Positions 11,533 to 22,351 of a stretch of DNA of 64,000 bases are shown piece after piece. Both the position numbers and the translations under genes were made by a program. Positions within the stretch are counted from its first letter, which is position 1. Each line of letters begins with the position of its first letter. Source of the DNA: Williopsis jadinii. Lineage: Eukaryota. Below the pieces are notes generated by a model. The model worked only from the letters and a program-made list of their open reading frames with translations. It searched no databases and was not told the origin of the DNA. The stretch is taken from contig AP024667.1 in NCBI GenBank assembly GCA_024346625.1, positions 186,001-250,000 of the forward strand. The letters run 5' to 3'.

Positions 11533-13476
11533 ATGAAAGTTGTAGCACTGGTTTCAGGAGGTAAGGACTCATGCTTCAACATCCTACACTGTTTAGCTAA
11601 TGGCCACGAGATAGTGGCTCTGGCAAACCTCAGACCTTCTGACCATGATGTTCAGGAGCTGGATAGCTTCATGTTCCAAACAGTCGGTCATGATGCGATT
11701 GATCTATATGGGGAATGTACAGGGCTCCCCCTATACAGAGGAGATATCCATGGAACCAGCAAGAACCAGAAACTGGATTATGAGAAAACAGAGGACGATG
11801 AGATTGAGGATTTATACAGATTGCTGTCGGGGATTAAACAAGACCTGGAGATCGAGGCAGTGTCTGTTGGTGCTATCTTGAGCTCCTACCAGAGAACGAG
11901 AGTGGAGAACGTCTGTGCGAGATTGGGATTGACCTCGCTGGCATATCTCTGGCAAAGAGATCAACAGGATTTGATGTCCGAAATGGTGGAATCTAGTATG
12001 GATGCGATATTGATCAAGGTTGCAGCCGTTGGGCTCAATGAAACCCATTTGGGAAAGAGCTTGAAAGAGATGTTTGCGACTTTGCTGAGATTGAACCAAA
12101 GATTCGATGTCCACATCTGTGGAGAAGGTGGCGAGTTTGAGACTCTTGTCCTTGATGCACCGTTCTTCATAAAGAAACTTGAGATTGTTTCAAGTGAGAT
12201 ATCAAAGGAAGACGGTGGTGTGGCATATTTCCATCCGAAGGTCAAATGCGTGGAGAAGAAACCGGAAGACGGTGCCGAGTTCTACAACATCAAGGAGAAG
12301 GAGCTGGATTGGTCAAAATTCATACCTGGTGAGCGCAAGTTGTTGAATGAGAAATTCAACAACATCCTTGACAGCTTACCTGATTCCCTAACAGACGTTG
12401 TTGTCTCAACAACAAACAACAATGATTTTATCAGAGAACCACAGTTTGTGATTAAGAAATCAGGCAACAAGCTCTATGTGTCGAATATCTCATCCGATGC
12501 GAAGTCTGTTGAGGAACAAGTCCGTGAGGTCTTTGATAAACTGGAATCTGTTTTAACTACAAATGGAGTTACCACAACGAATATTCAACACTCAACATTG
12601 CTGGTTGCAGATATGGCACAATTTGCTACCATCAATTCCTTATACGTTAAGAGTTTCACAGAGCCTTTACCACCTTCTAGAGTTTGCATTCAGACAAGGT
12701 TGCCAAAGGGCAAGCACCTTCAATTGTCTGTCGTGGTTATTGTTCCAGTGAACAAGAAGACAGGATTACACGTCCAAGGCAGAAGTTATTGGGCACCAGC
12801 AAACATTGGACCTTATTCACAGACCGTAATCGATGAGAACATGATTGCAACACTCAGTGGACAAATCCCATTGATCCCCTCATCGATGGAATTATCTACC
12901 TATGCTTCAAGTTTCAACAGTGTATTATCGTTACAACACTTGGATAACGTCAAGTCTGTTGTTGGCTGTACTAACCAGCTGAGTGTTGTGGCTTTCATCA
13001 AAGATAAGTGCTTGGTTCCTATTGTGAGTCAGACATGGAGAGAGTACAGTCTGTTGGACAGTGAAGCGAACCCACCCGATGTTTTGCTTATTGTTCAAGT
13101 TGAAGAGCTACCAAGGGGAGCAGACGTTGAATGGGGAGGGTTATCGTACAAGAAAATCACCAGCATGTACGAAGAAGATGACGAGGACGAGGAGCTCCAA
13201 ACAGCCATGCACAGCTTAACCATTCAAGGTCCGTCGTATTCGAACGATTCTAGCGATGTTGTCTCAACATTGGCATTGGCACTAGATGAGTTCCTCAACC
13301 TCACACTCAACCAAGACGCACATCATACAATCTACACGACGCCCGACAGGATACAGGGCCATGCTACAGACTACTCCATGGACCTGATCCCGGTCTCTTC
13401 CGTGTGGAACTACAAAGGTGAACAGGTCGAATTTGGTGTTGTAGTTAGAACAACACCTTCACCTTCCTCAGTATAA
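11533..13476 (+). CDS. DPH6: Diphthine--ammonia ligase with C-terminal RidA/YjgF-like domains
   Basis: VALVSGGKDS PP-loop, ELDSFMFQTVGH, GEGGEFETLVLD, LHVQGRSYWAPANIGPYSQ. Confidence 0.95.
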   Translation: MKVVALVSGGKDSCFNILHCLANGHEIVALANLRPSDHDVQELDSFMFQTVGHDAIDLYGECTGLPLYRGDIHGTSKNQKLDYEKTEDDEIEDLYRLLSGIKQDLEIEAVSVGAILSSYQRTRVENVCARLGLTSLAYLWQRDQQDLMSEMVESSMDAILIKVAAVGLNETHLGKSLKEMFATLLRLNQRFDVHICGEGGEFETLVLDAPFFIKKLEIVSSEISKEDGGVAYFHPKVKCVEKKPEDGAEFYNIKEKELDWSKFIPGERKLLNEKFNNILDSLPDSLTDVVVSTTNNNDFIREPQFVIKKSGNKLYVSNISSDAKSVEEQVREVFDKLESVLTTNGVTTTNIQHSTLLVADMAQFATINSLYVKSFTEPLPPSRVCIQTRLPKGKHLQLSVVVIVPVNKKTGLHVQGRSYWAPANIGPYSQTVIDENMIATLSGQIPLIPSSMELSTYASSFNSVLSLQHLDNVKSVVGCTNQLSVVAFIKDKCLVPIVSQTWREYSLLDSEANPPDVLLIVQVEELPRGADVEWGGLSYKKITSMYEEDDEDEELQTAMHSLTIQGPSYSNDSSDVVSTLALALDEFLNLTLNQDAHHTIYTTPDRIQGHATDYSMDLIPVSSVWNYKGEQVEFGVVVRTTPSPSSV

Positions 13477-13527
13477 TTAGGGCTGAGGCGCACACAACTC
13501 TCTATCACGTGACTCTCCGATAGGGCT
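13477..13527. promoter_or_regulatory. Tbf1-like and Cbf1 sites upstream of RPL6
   Basis: TTAGGGCT 13477-13484, TCACGTGA 13505-13512, TAGGGCT 13521-13527. Confidence 0.55.
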
Positions 13528-13851
13528 CTCTGATACTGCCGAAAACCAAAGTCACAAGCTGCCCTCTGCAGACGTGTGTTAGAAAACATCTGGACACCAA
13601 ATGACTCACCCGCACTTTTTTGCTGCGCTCTGCAGGTAAATTTCACTGGAAAATTTGCGCCGCATCGGGTAGAATTCGCGGATACGACATGGTACGGGCA
13701 ACATTTCTCAGCACGGAACGCGCCGCTAGGACGAGGACTCGAGAACATCAAAATTGGTTTAAACAAACACTCAAACCTTCAACTCATTTTGGATACGACA
13801 GAGTTCAAAGGACCTCCTTTATCACATCCCCTTTAAACACATATCAAAACG

Positions 13852-14382
13852 ATGTCTGCTCCAGCTCCAAAGTGGTACCCAGCTGAGGACAACGCTGTCC
13901 CAAAGAGAACTAGAAAGACCTCTCGTCCACAGAAGCTCAGAGCTTCTTTGGTTCCAGGCAGTGTCTTGATCTTGCTTGCTGGTCGTTTCCGTGGTAAGAG
14001 AGTTGTCTACTTGAAGCACTTGGAGGACAACACCTTGTTGGTGTCCGGTCCTTTCAAGGTCAACGGTGTTCCTTTGAGACGTGTCAACGCCAGATACGTG
14101 ATTGCCACCTCCACCAAGGTTGACGTTTCCTCTGTTGACGTTTCCAAGTTTGACGTTGCCTACTTTGCCCGTGAGAAGTCCTCCAAGAAGTCCAAGTCTG
14201 AGGCTGAGTTCTTCGGTGAGGGTGCTCCAAAGAAGGAGATCAAGGAGGAGCGTGTTGCTGACCAAAAGAACGTTGACAAGGCTTTGATTGCCGAGATCAA
14301 GAAGACCCCATTGTTGAAGGAGTACTTGGCTGCTTCTTTCTCCTTGAAGTCCGGTGACAGACCACACTTGATGAAGTTCTAA
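13852..14382 (+). CDS. RPL6: 60S ribosomal protein eL6
   Basis: [52 protein letters not shown]; extreme codon bias; no intron seen. Confidence 0.98.
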   Translation: MSAPAPKWYPAEDNAVPKRTRKTSRPQKLRASLVPGSVLILLAGRFRGKRVVYLKHLEDNTLLVSGPFKVNGVPLRRVNARYVIATSTKVDVSSVDVSKFDVAYFAREKSSKKSKSEAEFFGEGAPKKEIKEERVADQKNVDKALIAEIKKTPLLKEYLAASFSLKSGDRPHLMKF

Positions 14383-14694
14383 GTAAGCTCTACTTACACC
14401 AGTATTTTATTACGGAGAGGAAGAATGACGAGGAGAATTTGAGAAGTTTAAGGGCTCCAAATGTATTGTCCTTCGGGGAGAGAGAAGTTCCACGCTTCAT
14501 TTGACCATGCTGTGAAGTGTGGAATGTAATGATTTCAAAAAAGCAAGATTATAGCGATGGTATACATCGTATGGTAATGGTTATTAATGTACAGATAGGT
14601 TTTCATTTTTCATCGTTTCAATAAAAAGAACAAAAAAATGTTATAAAAGACTGTGATGTTGTAGTGTATAGAATGCGGACTAGAGGTGGTGGTA

Positions 14695-16890
14695 TCAATA
14701 GCTTGCAAAAGCTCCCGAATACGTCAATGACCATGTCTTTGACTGTCCGTTATCCAAGTAGTTATTTGAGAAGCTCGAACTGCTGAAGAACTCGTAGGCC
14801 TTGTTTGGGTCAAATAGGGCAACGTTCAACATGATGATGCCCTTCCAACCATCGTTGACGCTATCAACAATGGCTTTCAACTTCTGATCCCATTCTTCCC
14901 TCGTGAAGGTTGGAGTCCTGATGAATGAACTGATAGAGGTGATTGGTATTGCGTGGATCATCTGGATATACTCCAAGTTGTTTCCGAAGTACGTTGTATG
15001 GTCAATCTTGTTCTCAAAGAGGATACCGGTGACCTTATTCTTGATGAAGTTTGAAGGTTGGACCTTGTTATCATCAGCCATGAGGAAGTAACTATTGCAG
15101 GACTTGTTCAAGATACCCAATTGAATCAGAGATCTCTGCTCCAAGGAGGAATCACCGGTGACGGACCCCCATATCTTCAATCCATAATATGCGTTGTAAT
15201 CTTCAGATGAGGATTCCTGATCCTTACCATCTCCAGATGCAAAGATACCCTTTGCCCAGGAGTGTCCGTTATACCAATCAAACGATCTAAAGGCTGGGAA
15301 ATAGGTGTCATCATCACTCGGAGTTGCAAAATCTCTTGCCAAATCGTTGACCCAATCCTTAACGGTATTTAACCAGGAACCACCTAATTCCCTATCCACT
15401 TTAGCAGTAATGGCAGCAGCAATCACATGATAACCGTAATGGAAATGATGGTCGTTATAGTAAGAATTACCATAATCAGCTGCACTGTCAGCTGTCGAGA
15501 TCAACCCCTTCCAAGTCTGATCGTACGCTAACGGGAACTTCTGTGTGTTTTTGGAGAACCTTTCAATAGCACTCTTCAATTTGGGAAGTAACTGTGTGGT
15601 CAAGGAGTTGTTCTGTAGCACGTAGTGGGTAACGTATAACAACCAGGCGTATTTGGCCAATATCTTACCAGCACCGTACATCGAATCCAAGTTGGACTCG
15701 TTAAGAACATCGCCTTTGACCTCTTCAACTGCAGCGTTGTATATGGCATTCTTGACGTTATTTGAGTAGTTGAGCCACGTTCCAGGGACCGACGAGTAAG
15801 GATCAAGGCCAATATTCGAAGGCACTGTTAGTTCAAACGAGAACTTGTTTGTCAAATAACAAGTTGCCGTGCCTTTGGTGATGGTGTCCAAGGTGATGTT
15901 CGTCTTATATTGGGCCATAGAGCTTGTGAACGAAGAGACGTGATGAGGAAGCGCAAACATCGCCGTGGTTCCGTTATTTGAAGAGCCTGCTGTCGAGTAT
16001 GTCACTGAATAGGAGCCAGTGGTGCCGTCAACAGACCCAGAGAGAGTACCACGGGTTGGATACATTCCAGCAGCTTTATCAAATACGGCATCTGTACTGG
16101 AAACGACTTGAAACACTGCACCGTTTACCGATCTGTCACCGACAATTGTGTTACCATCTTGTAAGGATAAGTTCAAGCTTTGACCAGTAGGTAACGTCAC
16201 GTACAAGGTCCACGTTCTATTGTTGTTGAGAGTCATTTTGTACTTGTTTATGCCTGCCCTAGGAGAGGTATCACCGGTTACCTTCGCAAACCCAACAACA
16301 CTTGTGAACTTTGGAATCAAATTGAAGTACACTGCAGTGACGAAGCCTTCACCTTGAACCAAAGGCGATATGATATAGCCCTGGTTCTGGCTATAGATCT
16401 TACAGTCAGCTGAGAGGTGTCTGATGTTCTCCAACCCCATGGTGACGTTTGAATTGAAGTCCGTGGAGCCAAATACAAACGATTTCACCCCAACTGGCCC
16501 AAAGAAGTACTGAACAGGGTTACTATTGGCGTCTGGTCCATATACTCTGTCGGAATTGGGAACGTGGTGGACCGCTAGCCCTTCGTAGTTCAGGTCCTTG
16601 GAGAACCACACAGAGTAAGGATGTGTCCAGACGGGCAACGTCTGGTCACCTAGCAACATGTTCCCGTAGAACTTGTTCGTTTCAACGGGTTTGGAGTTCG
16701 ACAGCGTCTTTGCAGGCAACGTCACCTCATGGTTGGATCTCCCAAAGATGGAGAGTGGCTGGTCTGACGAGATGCTGTTGGCAAAGATGTCCGAGGAGCC
16801 ATGCATTGTCATGTCCCTGAGCTTGTTAGTCAGTGAATGCTGGACATCTGCAGCGTATTGTGGTAACGGCATTGGTGGTCTATCGTACAT
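14695..16890 (-). CDS. ACF2: Endo-1,3-beta-glucanase, GH81, no signal peptide
   Basis: ETNKFYGN, YYNDHHFHYGY, GKDQESSSEDYN, QMIHAIP; neighbour of DPH6 as in S. cerevisiae. Confidence 0.88.
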   Translation of the reverse strand: MYDRPPMPLPQYAADVQHSLTNKLRDMTMHGSSDIFANSISSDQPLSIFGRSNHEVTLPAKTLSNSKPVETNKFYGNMLLGDQTLPVWTHPYSVWFSKDLNYEGLAVHHVPNSDRVYGPDANSNPVQYFFGPVGVKSFVFGSTDFNSNVTMGLENIRHLSADCKIYSQNQGYIISPLVQGEGFVTAVYFNLIPKFTSVVGFAKVTGDTSPRAGINKYKMTLNNNRTWTLYVTLPTGQSLNLSLQDGNTIVGDRSVNGAVFQVVSSTDAVFDKAAGMYPTRGTLSGSVDGTTGSYSVTYSTAGSSNNGTTAMFALPHHVSSFTSSMAQYKTNITLDTITKGTATCYLTNKFSFELTVPSNIGLDPYSSVPGTWLNYSNNVKNAIYNAAVEEVKGDVLNESNLDSMYGAGKILAKYAWLLYVTHYVLQNNSLTTQLLPKLKSAIERFSKNTQKFPLAYDQTWKGLISTADSAADYGNSYYNDHHFHYGYHVIAAAITAKVDRELGGSWLNTVKDWVNDLARDFATPSDDDTYFPAFRSFDWYNGHSWAKGIFASGDGKDQESSSEDYNAYYGLKIWGSVTGDSSLEQRSLIQLGILNKSCNSYFLMADDNKVQPSNFIKNKVTGILFENKIDHTTYFGNNLEYIQMIHAIPITSISSFIRTPTFTREEWDQKLKAIVDSVNDGWKGIIMLNVALFDPNKAYEFFSSSSFSNNYLDNGQSKTWSLTYSGAFASY

Positions 16891-17011
16891 CCTTGCGTAT
16901 TTGTCCGTGTGTCTTTGTCCTTGTTTGATATAGCAAAGGTTTTATAGCAGCGAACTTATGATAACAACAAGCTCACTGATGAATCGCTGATTCAGAGTCA
17001 ATGAAGCACAC

Positions 17012-17016
<5 letters not shown>

Positions 17017-17044
<28 letters not shown>
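17017..17044. repeat. (GA)14 microsatellite
   Basis: Perfect dinucleotide run in the ACF2-SEC1 divergent promoter. Confidence 0.9.
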
Positions 17045-17052
<8 letters not shown>

Positions 17053-17584
17053 TAATAACAGCAAACAAGAAGATACTGGCACAAAGTGTTGATCTCTGTG
17101 GTTCTGGCTGCGTATACAAATCCCAACACGGCTTCAAAACACAGCAATGACTTCGCAGCACACAGAAGTGGTCAATTGAGCCACGCCAAACGGATCGAAT
17201 ACGTTCACTCTTCACACAACCTCAGGGCAATCAGAGGAAGCTCCATGGAGAAGCTCCGTGGAGAAGCCACTCAGACCGGAGAGCGTGGGTATTAAATCGC
17301 CAATGTCGTGCATTTGCGCAGATGTGAGGACCACACCCGGACACCACGGTGGGCATCGGAACCTTAAAGAGCGCAAGTCCCGAAAAAGTGGCACAAAAAC
17401 TGGCGCAGGTGTCCGAATCCGGGAATTTGTCCCGGCCACACCCTCCCGCATCAGGACACTGTTTCACCGTTGCTGTATGATTGGAGCCCACGTATGTCCC
17501 TTTTATACTGAATGAAACACCGTCAAAGCTACACGTCATAGCGCAACAGTAACACACACTAGCCGACGTGGACAGCTCTGTGAG

Positions 17585-19770
17585 ATGACTTCGCTCATAG
17601 AACTTCAGAGGAACTGTGAGTCGCCGACGCCTGCCCTGCCATTGCGGTGCTTGTTCTGAGTCGTATAACTAACACATCATCATGAATGAAAACAGACATC
17701 TTCAATACCTTGACCAATGTTCAGACTGCCAATGGGCTGAAGATCCTTATACTCGACAAAACGACGGAGGATTACCTCGTGAAGATCATCTCACGCAGCG
17801 AGCTGCTGCGGATCGTCACTGCGGTGGAGAGAGTTGATCAGAGACGGAAGGTTCAATCCTCCGTTGAGGCAATATACCTCTTGGACTCGACACTGTTCTC
17901 GGTGAACTGTATGCTGACTGATTACAAGCATATTCCAATCCGCTATAAGGCTGCACATGTGTTCTTCTTGCCGGGGTTGACGAGTGAGCTGTCTCGGATC
18001 ATGAAGCAGGTCCCACAGTTCGCCCAGTGTACGAAGACATTCTCCGAGTTCCAAGTGTGTATTGAGCCAAAGGAGTCCATGGTGTTCACCACAAGGGACT
18101 ACCAAGGAATGCAGATCTTCTACAACAGCCATTGCCATGACCTGGTCACTGAGACGGTGAAGAGCACTGCACGTTCGCTTGTGAATGTGTGTGTAATGAC
18201 TGGTGAATACCCTGTGATTCGATACTATGCGCCAAATGCCAATGACGGCTACTTCCAAGCGTCCATACTGCCAAAGATGATTGCCATGGAGTTCCAGGAG
18301 CAGCTGGATAACTATGCCAGGGATCACCCTGAATTCCCACCACAGTCCACAAGACAGAGATCGATATTCTTGGTTACTGATCGTACAATGGACTTATTTG
18401 TACCACTGCTCCACGAGTTCACGTACCAGGCAATGGCGTACGACGACTCGAAGGATATCAACGGCAATTCGTATATCTACGAGGCCGAAAATGAGCAAGG
18501 AGAAGTTGAGCCAAAGACAGGTGAATTGAACGACAAGGACCCTGAATGGTGCACGTTGAGACATTTGCACATTGTCGACGCAAAGGACCTCCTGAACTCG
18601 AGATTGGAGGAGTTTCTATCCAAGAACCAGATGTTTGTAGACAGATCCAAGATCAAGACGGCATCTGACATCCTCACCGCAGTGGCACGCCTGAAAGGGT
18701 TCGACGAGGATAGAAGGCTCCTCATCATGCATAAGACGTTGATCGACCAGCTGCTGGAGATCAATGGGACAAAGAAGCTGGCAGACCTGGCTGATTTGGA
18801 ACAAACGCTGGCGAACTTTGGTGTTGATATCGAGGGTGAAAAGGTCAAAGACCTTGCCGATAGACTTGTCTCCATGGTTGCCGAGGATAGATATGAACTC
18901 AAGGACAAGCTGAGGGTGATCATATTGTATGGCTTGTACAGAGGAGGCCTCATCGAAGAGGATTATGTCAAGCTGATCCGTCTGATGGGGTTCTCTTCAC
19001 CAGATGAGATCCACTACCACATGTCCTTCATCAAGAACTTTGAGCTGATTGGGTTCAAGCTGATTAAACCTGACTTGAAATCCAAGTCCCTGTTCAAGAG
19101 AGATTTCTACCATGAATCCGTATCTGAGAACTCCTACAACACATCCAGGTTCCGTCCTTCTATCAACTCCATAGTGACAAAAGCTCTCCAGAACTCGCTG
19201 GAGCAGTCTGTCTTCGAGTATACGAAGGATAAGCCCCTGGACGATGACCCAGAAACCCCTGGGCCTGTCCACGTGACAACGTCGTTGAGAAACCCCAAGC
19301 ATAAGCCCTCATGGGCTCGTACCAACAGTGCGTACCAGGCACCAAGACAACGTATCTTCTACTTTGTTGCAGGTGGAATCACCTACTCGGAGGTGAGAAC
19401 CGCATATGAGCTGGGCAACCGTTGGGAGAAGGATGTCATCATTGGTGGAGACGAGATACTCACACCTTCCAACTTCTTGAAGCAAGTCCACAAGTTGAAT
19501 GCACGCCGTGAGGACTTGAACCTGTACATTGATTACAAACGTTCCAAGCCAACAGAGGCGCCTCGCTATCTGTTGGATGAGTTCCAAAGAACACATACTC
19601 CCACCACTTCAGACGTGACAGACGGTCAAGCCGGAGTGTTCCCGAGACCTTCAGTGGGCCCAGCAGGCACAGCATCCCCTACTGCGAGCCCATCATCACA
19701 TATTGAGGCTTCACCAAGTAAGAGTAAGAAAGAGAGGTTTAGAAAGTTCTTGAGAAAGTCAAAGGAATGA
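17585..19770 (+). CDS. SEC1: Sec1/Munc18 SM protein; two exons 17585-17615 + 17696-19770
   Basis: Spliced N-terminus MTSLIELQRN-YIFNTL; PLLHEFTYQAMAYD, FVAGGITYSE motifs. Confidence 0.95.
17616..17695 (+). other. Spliceosomal intron of SEC1 (80 nt, phase 1)
   Basis: GTGAGT donor, AACTAAC branch 17667-17673, CAG acceptor; splicing restores the Sec1-like N-terminus. Confidence 0.9.
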
Positions 19771-19827
19771 ACATAGTTGTTTATTATAGAGATGTTTCCC
19801 TGTTGTACGCTGTGTAGAGTACGTGAG

Positions 19828-20610
19828 TCAGTAGTCCGGCTGTGGTGGTTGTGGTGGTGCTTGGTACGGCAGCTGTTGCTGCTGCTGTAGCAGTTGCAGT
19901 TGGTACTGGGTGAACTGTGGTTGAGCTCCCTGGACGTAGTGTGGTTGTTGTTGGAACTGTGTGCTGTGCTGGCTCAGTTGCTGGGCGGGAAGCTGTGGTT
20001 GGAACTGTGTGCTGTGCTGGCTCAGCTGCTGGGCGGGAAGCTGTGGCAGCGTGTAGTACGGGTTGTACATCATGCCGCCGCCCATGGAGAGCTGCTGCTG
20101 AGCCTGGTTGGCAGGCTGGAGCTGGTACAGATACCGTTGGTACTCAGCAGGGTCTATCCCATTCACAGTACCTGTAGCGTTACCCTGGACACTCACATGG
20201 CTCTGCACAGGTGCCTCTGTCGCCGGCTGATCAGCGGGCACGTCGTCATAGAAGTCGTCCCCTATGCTGTGATCTTGAAGATGGAGGTATGGATTGCTCC
20301 GCTTCTTATTACCAGTGTAGCGGCTGCTCTGGGACGTGTCGTCCTCTTCAACCTCGCAGCTTCGCTTGTGGCGGCTCTCGTAGTCAGCCTCCAGCACCTC
20401 GTCCACCAGCCGTCTCTCAGTGAACTCGTTCACTAGCGTCACCCCGTCCAGCAGATCGTACCGTCCTTGACGGATGAGCCGGCCATACTGGCTCTTCTTC
20501 GCATAGTTATCCCTCAGCCCACGCTCCAGCACAACCATCGCGGCCCTGGCGCCATCACCACGTAGCAGCTGGTCTCTCAGGTCGATGACTCTCTGTGCCT
20601 CGTCCTCCAT
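19828..20610 (-). CDS. Hypothetical protein with Q/P-rich low-complexity C-terminus
   Basis: 260-aa ORF from ATG 20610 (MEDEAQRVIDLRDQLLRG), coding-like composition, divergent from RRN5; no family recognised. Confidence 0.65.
   Translation of the reverse strand: MEDEAQRVIDLRDQLLRGDGARAAMVVLERGLRDNYAKKSQYGRLIRQGRYDLLDGVTLVNEFTERRLVDEVLEADYESRHKRSCEVEEDDTSQSSRYTGNKKRSNPYLHLQDHSIGDDFYDDVPADQPATEAPVQSHVSVQGNATGTVNGIDPAEYQRYLYQLQPANQAQQQLSMGGGMMYNPYYTLPQLPAQQLSQHSTQFQPQLPAQQLSQHSTQFQQQPHYVQGAQPQFTQYQLQLLQQQQQLPYQAPPQPPQPDY
19951..20046. repeat. 2 x 48-bp in-frame tandem duplication
   Basis: Encodes PQLPAQQLSQHSTQFQ twice; one nucleotide difference between copies. Confidence 0.9.
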
Positions 20611-20660
20611 CGTCCGTTCTCCCAGGCTCCTCCGCTTGCTCTGTGGGAGCTGGAAGTGTG

Positions 20661-20732
20661 AATTTTTGATGTAAGTATTGATGTTCCTAATCAGGAAATT
20701 TTTGATGCAATTATTGATGCTCCTAACCAGGA
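20661..20732. repeat. 2 x 36-bp tandem repeat in divergent promoter
   Basis: AATTTTTGATGYAAKTATTGATGYTCCTAAYCAGGA twice, 4 mismatches. Confidence 0.85.
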
Positions 20733-20836
20733 AATCCATCGCTACATCAAAACTTTTTTTCACTCTGGCTCGGTTTCCACTTTACAATGGATCAGGGACA
20801 CATTTGCGCTGCAAGAGAGCTTCTGCTGGGTGGTGT

Positions 20837-22147
20837 ATGGAGACGAAATTGGATGATATATATACACAGACACATGTCCCGGGCTGTAGTGATACGACGG
20901 TACAAGCAGGGGCAGAGCATATGCTCAACAGGGAGAGGTACAGGGAGTTCTTTGAAGGTGAATGCCAGGAGTTCCACAACGGAGTGGAGGAGACAGACTT
21001 GGAAGGAAGCTATATAAACTGCCTGGGCAATGGCTACTACTGTCCCGAGATTATTGGGACGTACTGGACTGGGCTGGAGAAGGAGAACTTCTTCTGGGCG
21101 CTGGGCAGGTACGGGATCAGCCAGCTGGACAGAATACAACGCTTTGTACCGGAGAAGAGCGTCTTGGAGATAATGAACTACTATGATATTCTCCGGAGGA
21201 ACCTGGACGAGAGCCTGGAGAACGAGGGCAAACGGTCGAAGCTTGCGTCGTATAGCGAGATGCCGGAGGCTGTGGAAGTGGACGAGGTTGCCATTGAAGT
21301 TGAGGAGAGGCTGGCATCGGAAGAGGCCACGGCCTGTGAGGAGCCACAGGAGTTTTCTGATAGACTGCTGGTTGATGGGGACTGTTTGGAGACAGTTGGT
21401 GAAATGCTCAATTGGTTCCATAAGAAGTCCTCAAAGATATGCGTGGATGCTGATCTTCAGAGGGTACTCTCCAGAATTGCAAGAACACTGACGAGGAAAC
21501 TCATAAGGAAGGTGATGAAGACAAAGATCCATAACTCCACCATATCCAGGTCTGAGGCCACATTATCTGAAGATGGCCAGCTGTCCCTGGCCATCACTGT
21601 GACGGATATACACAGAGCATGTCTCGAAATAGGCACCAACAGGCCGTTTACACGGTTCCCAATGCTGAAGAGGATATATACCGACCACTTTAACATGAAG
21701 AAGGCGAAGCCTGATGAAGATGCAGTTGATCTGTACAGGGGCTATGACTCCATGATCCTGTTCAAGAGGAATGAAGAAATGGCTGCCCAGGTCGAGGAGA
21801 GCACACTGGAATCATCTTCGTTCGACGTCAATAGTGCACAGGAAGATGATATGGAGGAACTTCTGTCGTTCATCTCAGAAACAATGAGGCTCAACGAGGA
21901 ACATGATCGTAACAAACATGAGCAAGTACAGAAGTTTATGACATCATGTGGAGGGATAGATCTGTATTTCAAACTCCTCAAAGAAAGATCCGAAGAGCTT
22001 CCACTGAAAAGATCAATAGATTACACAACACAGGATTTTGAAGAAGTTGAAGCTGAACTACGGTCAGGAAAGAGGATAAAAATGGAAAACATAGGCATAG
22101 ACCCCATGGGGAGTGAAGGGTGTGAATCACAAGATGATCAAAAGTGA
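20837..22147 (+). CDS. RRN5: RNA polymerase I UAF subunit Rrn5 (SANT domain); start uncertain (20837 or 20921)
   Basis: WTGLEKENFFWALGRYGI...KSVLEIMNYYDIL SANT-like motif, YSEMPEAVEV; adjacent to PUT1 as in S. cerevisiae. Confidence 0.75.
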   Translation: METKLDDIYTQTHVPGCSDTTVQAGAEHMLNRERYREFFEGECQEFHNGVEETDLEGSYINCLGNGYYCPEIIGTYWTGLEKENFFWALGRYGISQLDRIQRFVPEKSVLEIMNYYDILRRNLDESLENEGKRSKLASYSEMPEAVEVDEVAIEVEERLASEEATACEEPQEFSDRLLVDGDCLETVGEMLNWFHKKSSKICVDADLQRVLSRIARTLTRKLIRKVMKTKIHNSTISRSEATLSEDGQLSLAITVTDIHRACLEIGTNRPFTRFPMLKRIYTDHFNMKKAKPDEDAVDLYRGYDSMILFKRNEEMAAQVEESTLESSSFDVNSAQEDDMEELLSFISETMRLNEEHDRNKHEQVQKFMTSCGGIDLYFKLLKERSEELPLKRSIDYTTQDFEEVEAELRSGKRIKMENIGIDPMGSEGCESQDDQK

Positions 22148-22351
22148 TGGTCTATGTAAGTAAATGCGTATAAGATATCAAATTCCTACGTAATGTTATA
22201 ATAAATCAGATGTTGTATTATATTGAAAACTTCTCAAATGCAGTCATAGTAGTAGTGCTATGTTTATAGTATAGAAAGCCACGCCCTTCATGATATCGTA
22301 ATGTAAAGATAGAGAGGAAAAAACAAATGCAGTTATGGATCAATATTAGAA

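Noticed and set aside
13822..14367. 181-aa antisense ORF over RPL6 (likewise over CPR1, PUT1, RVB1, SEC1)
   Set aside because: Antisense open frames are expected opposite biased genes
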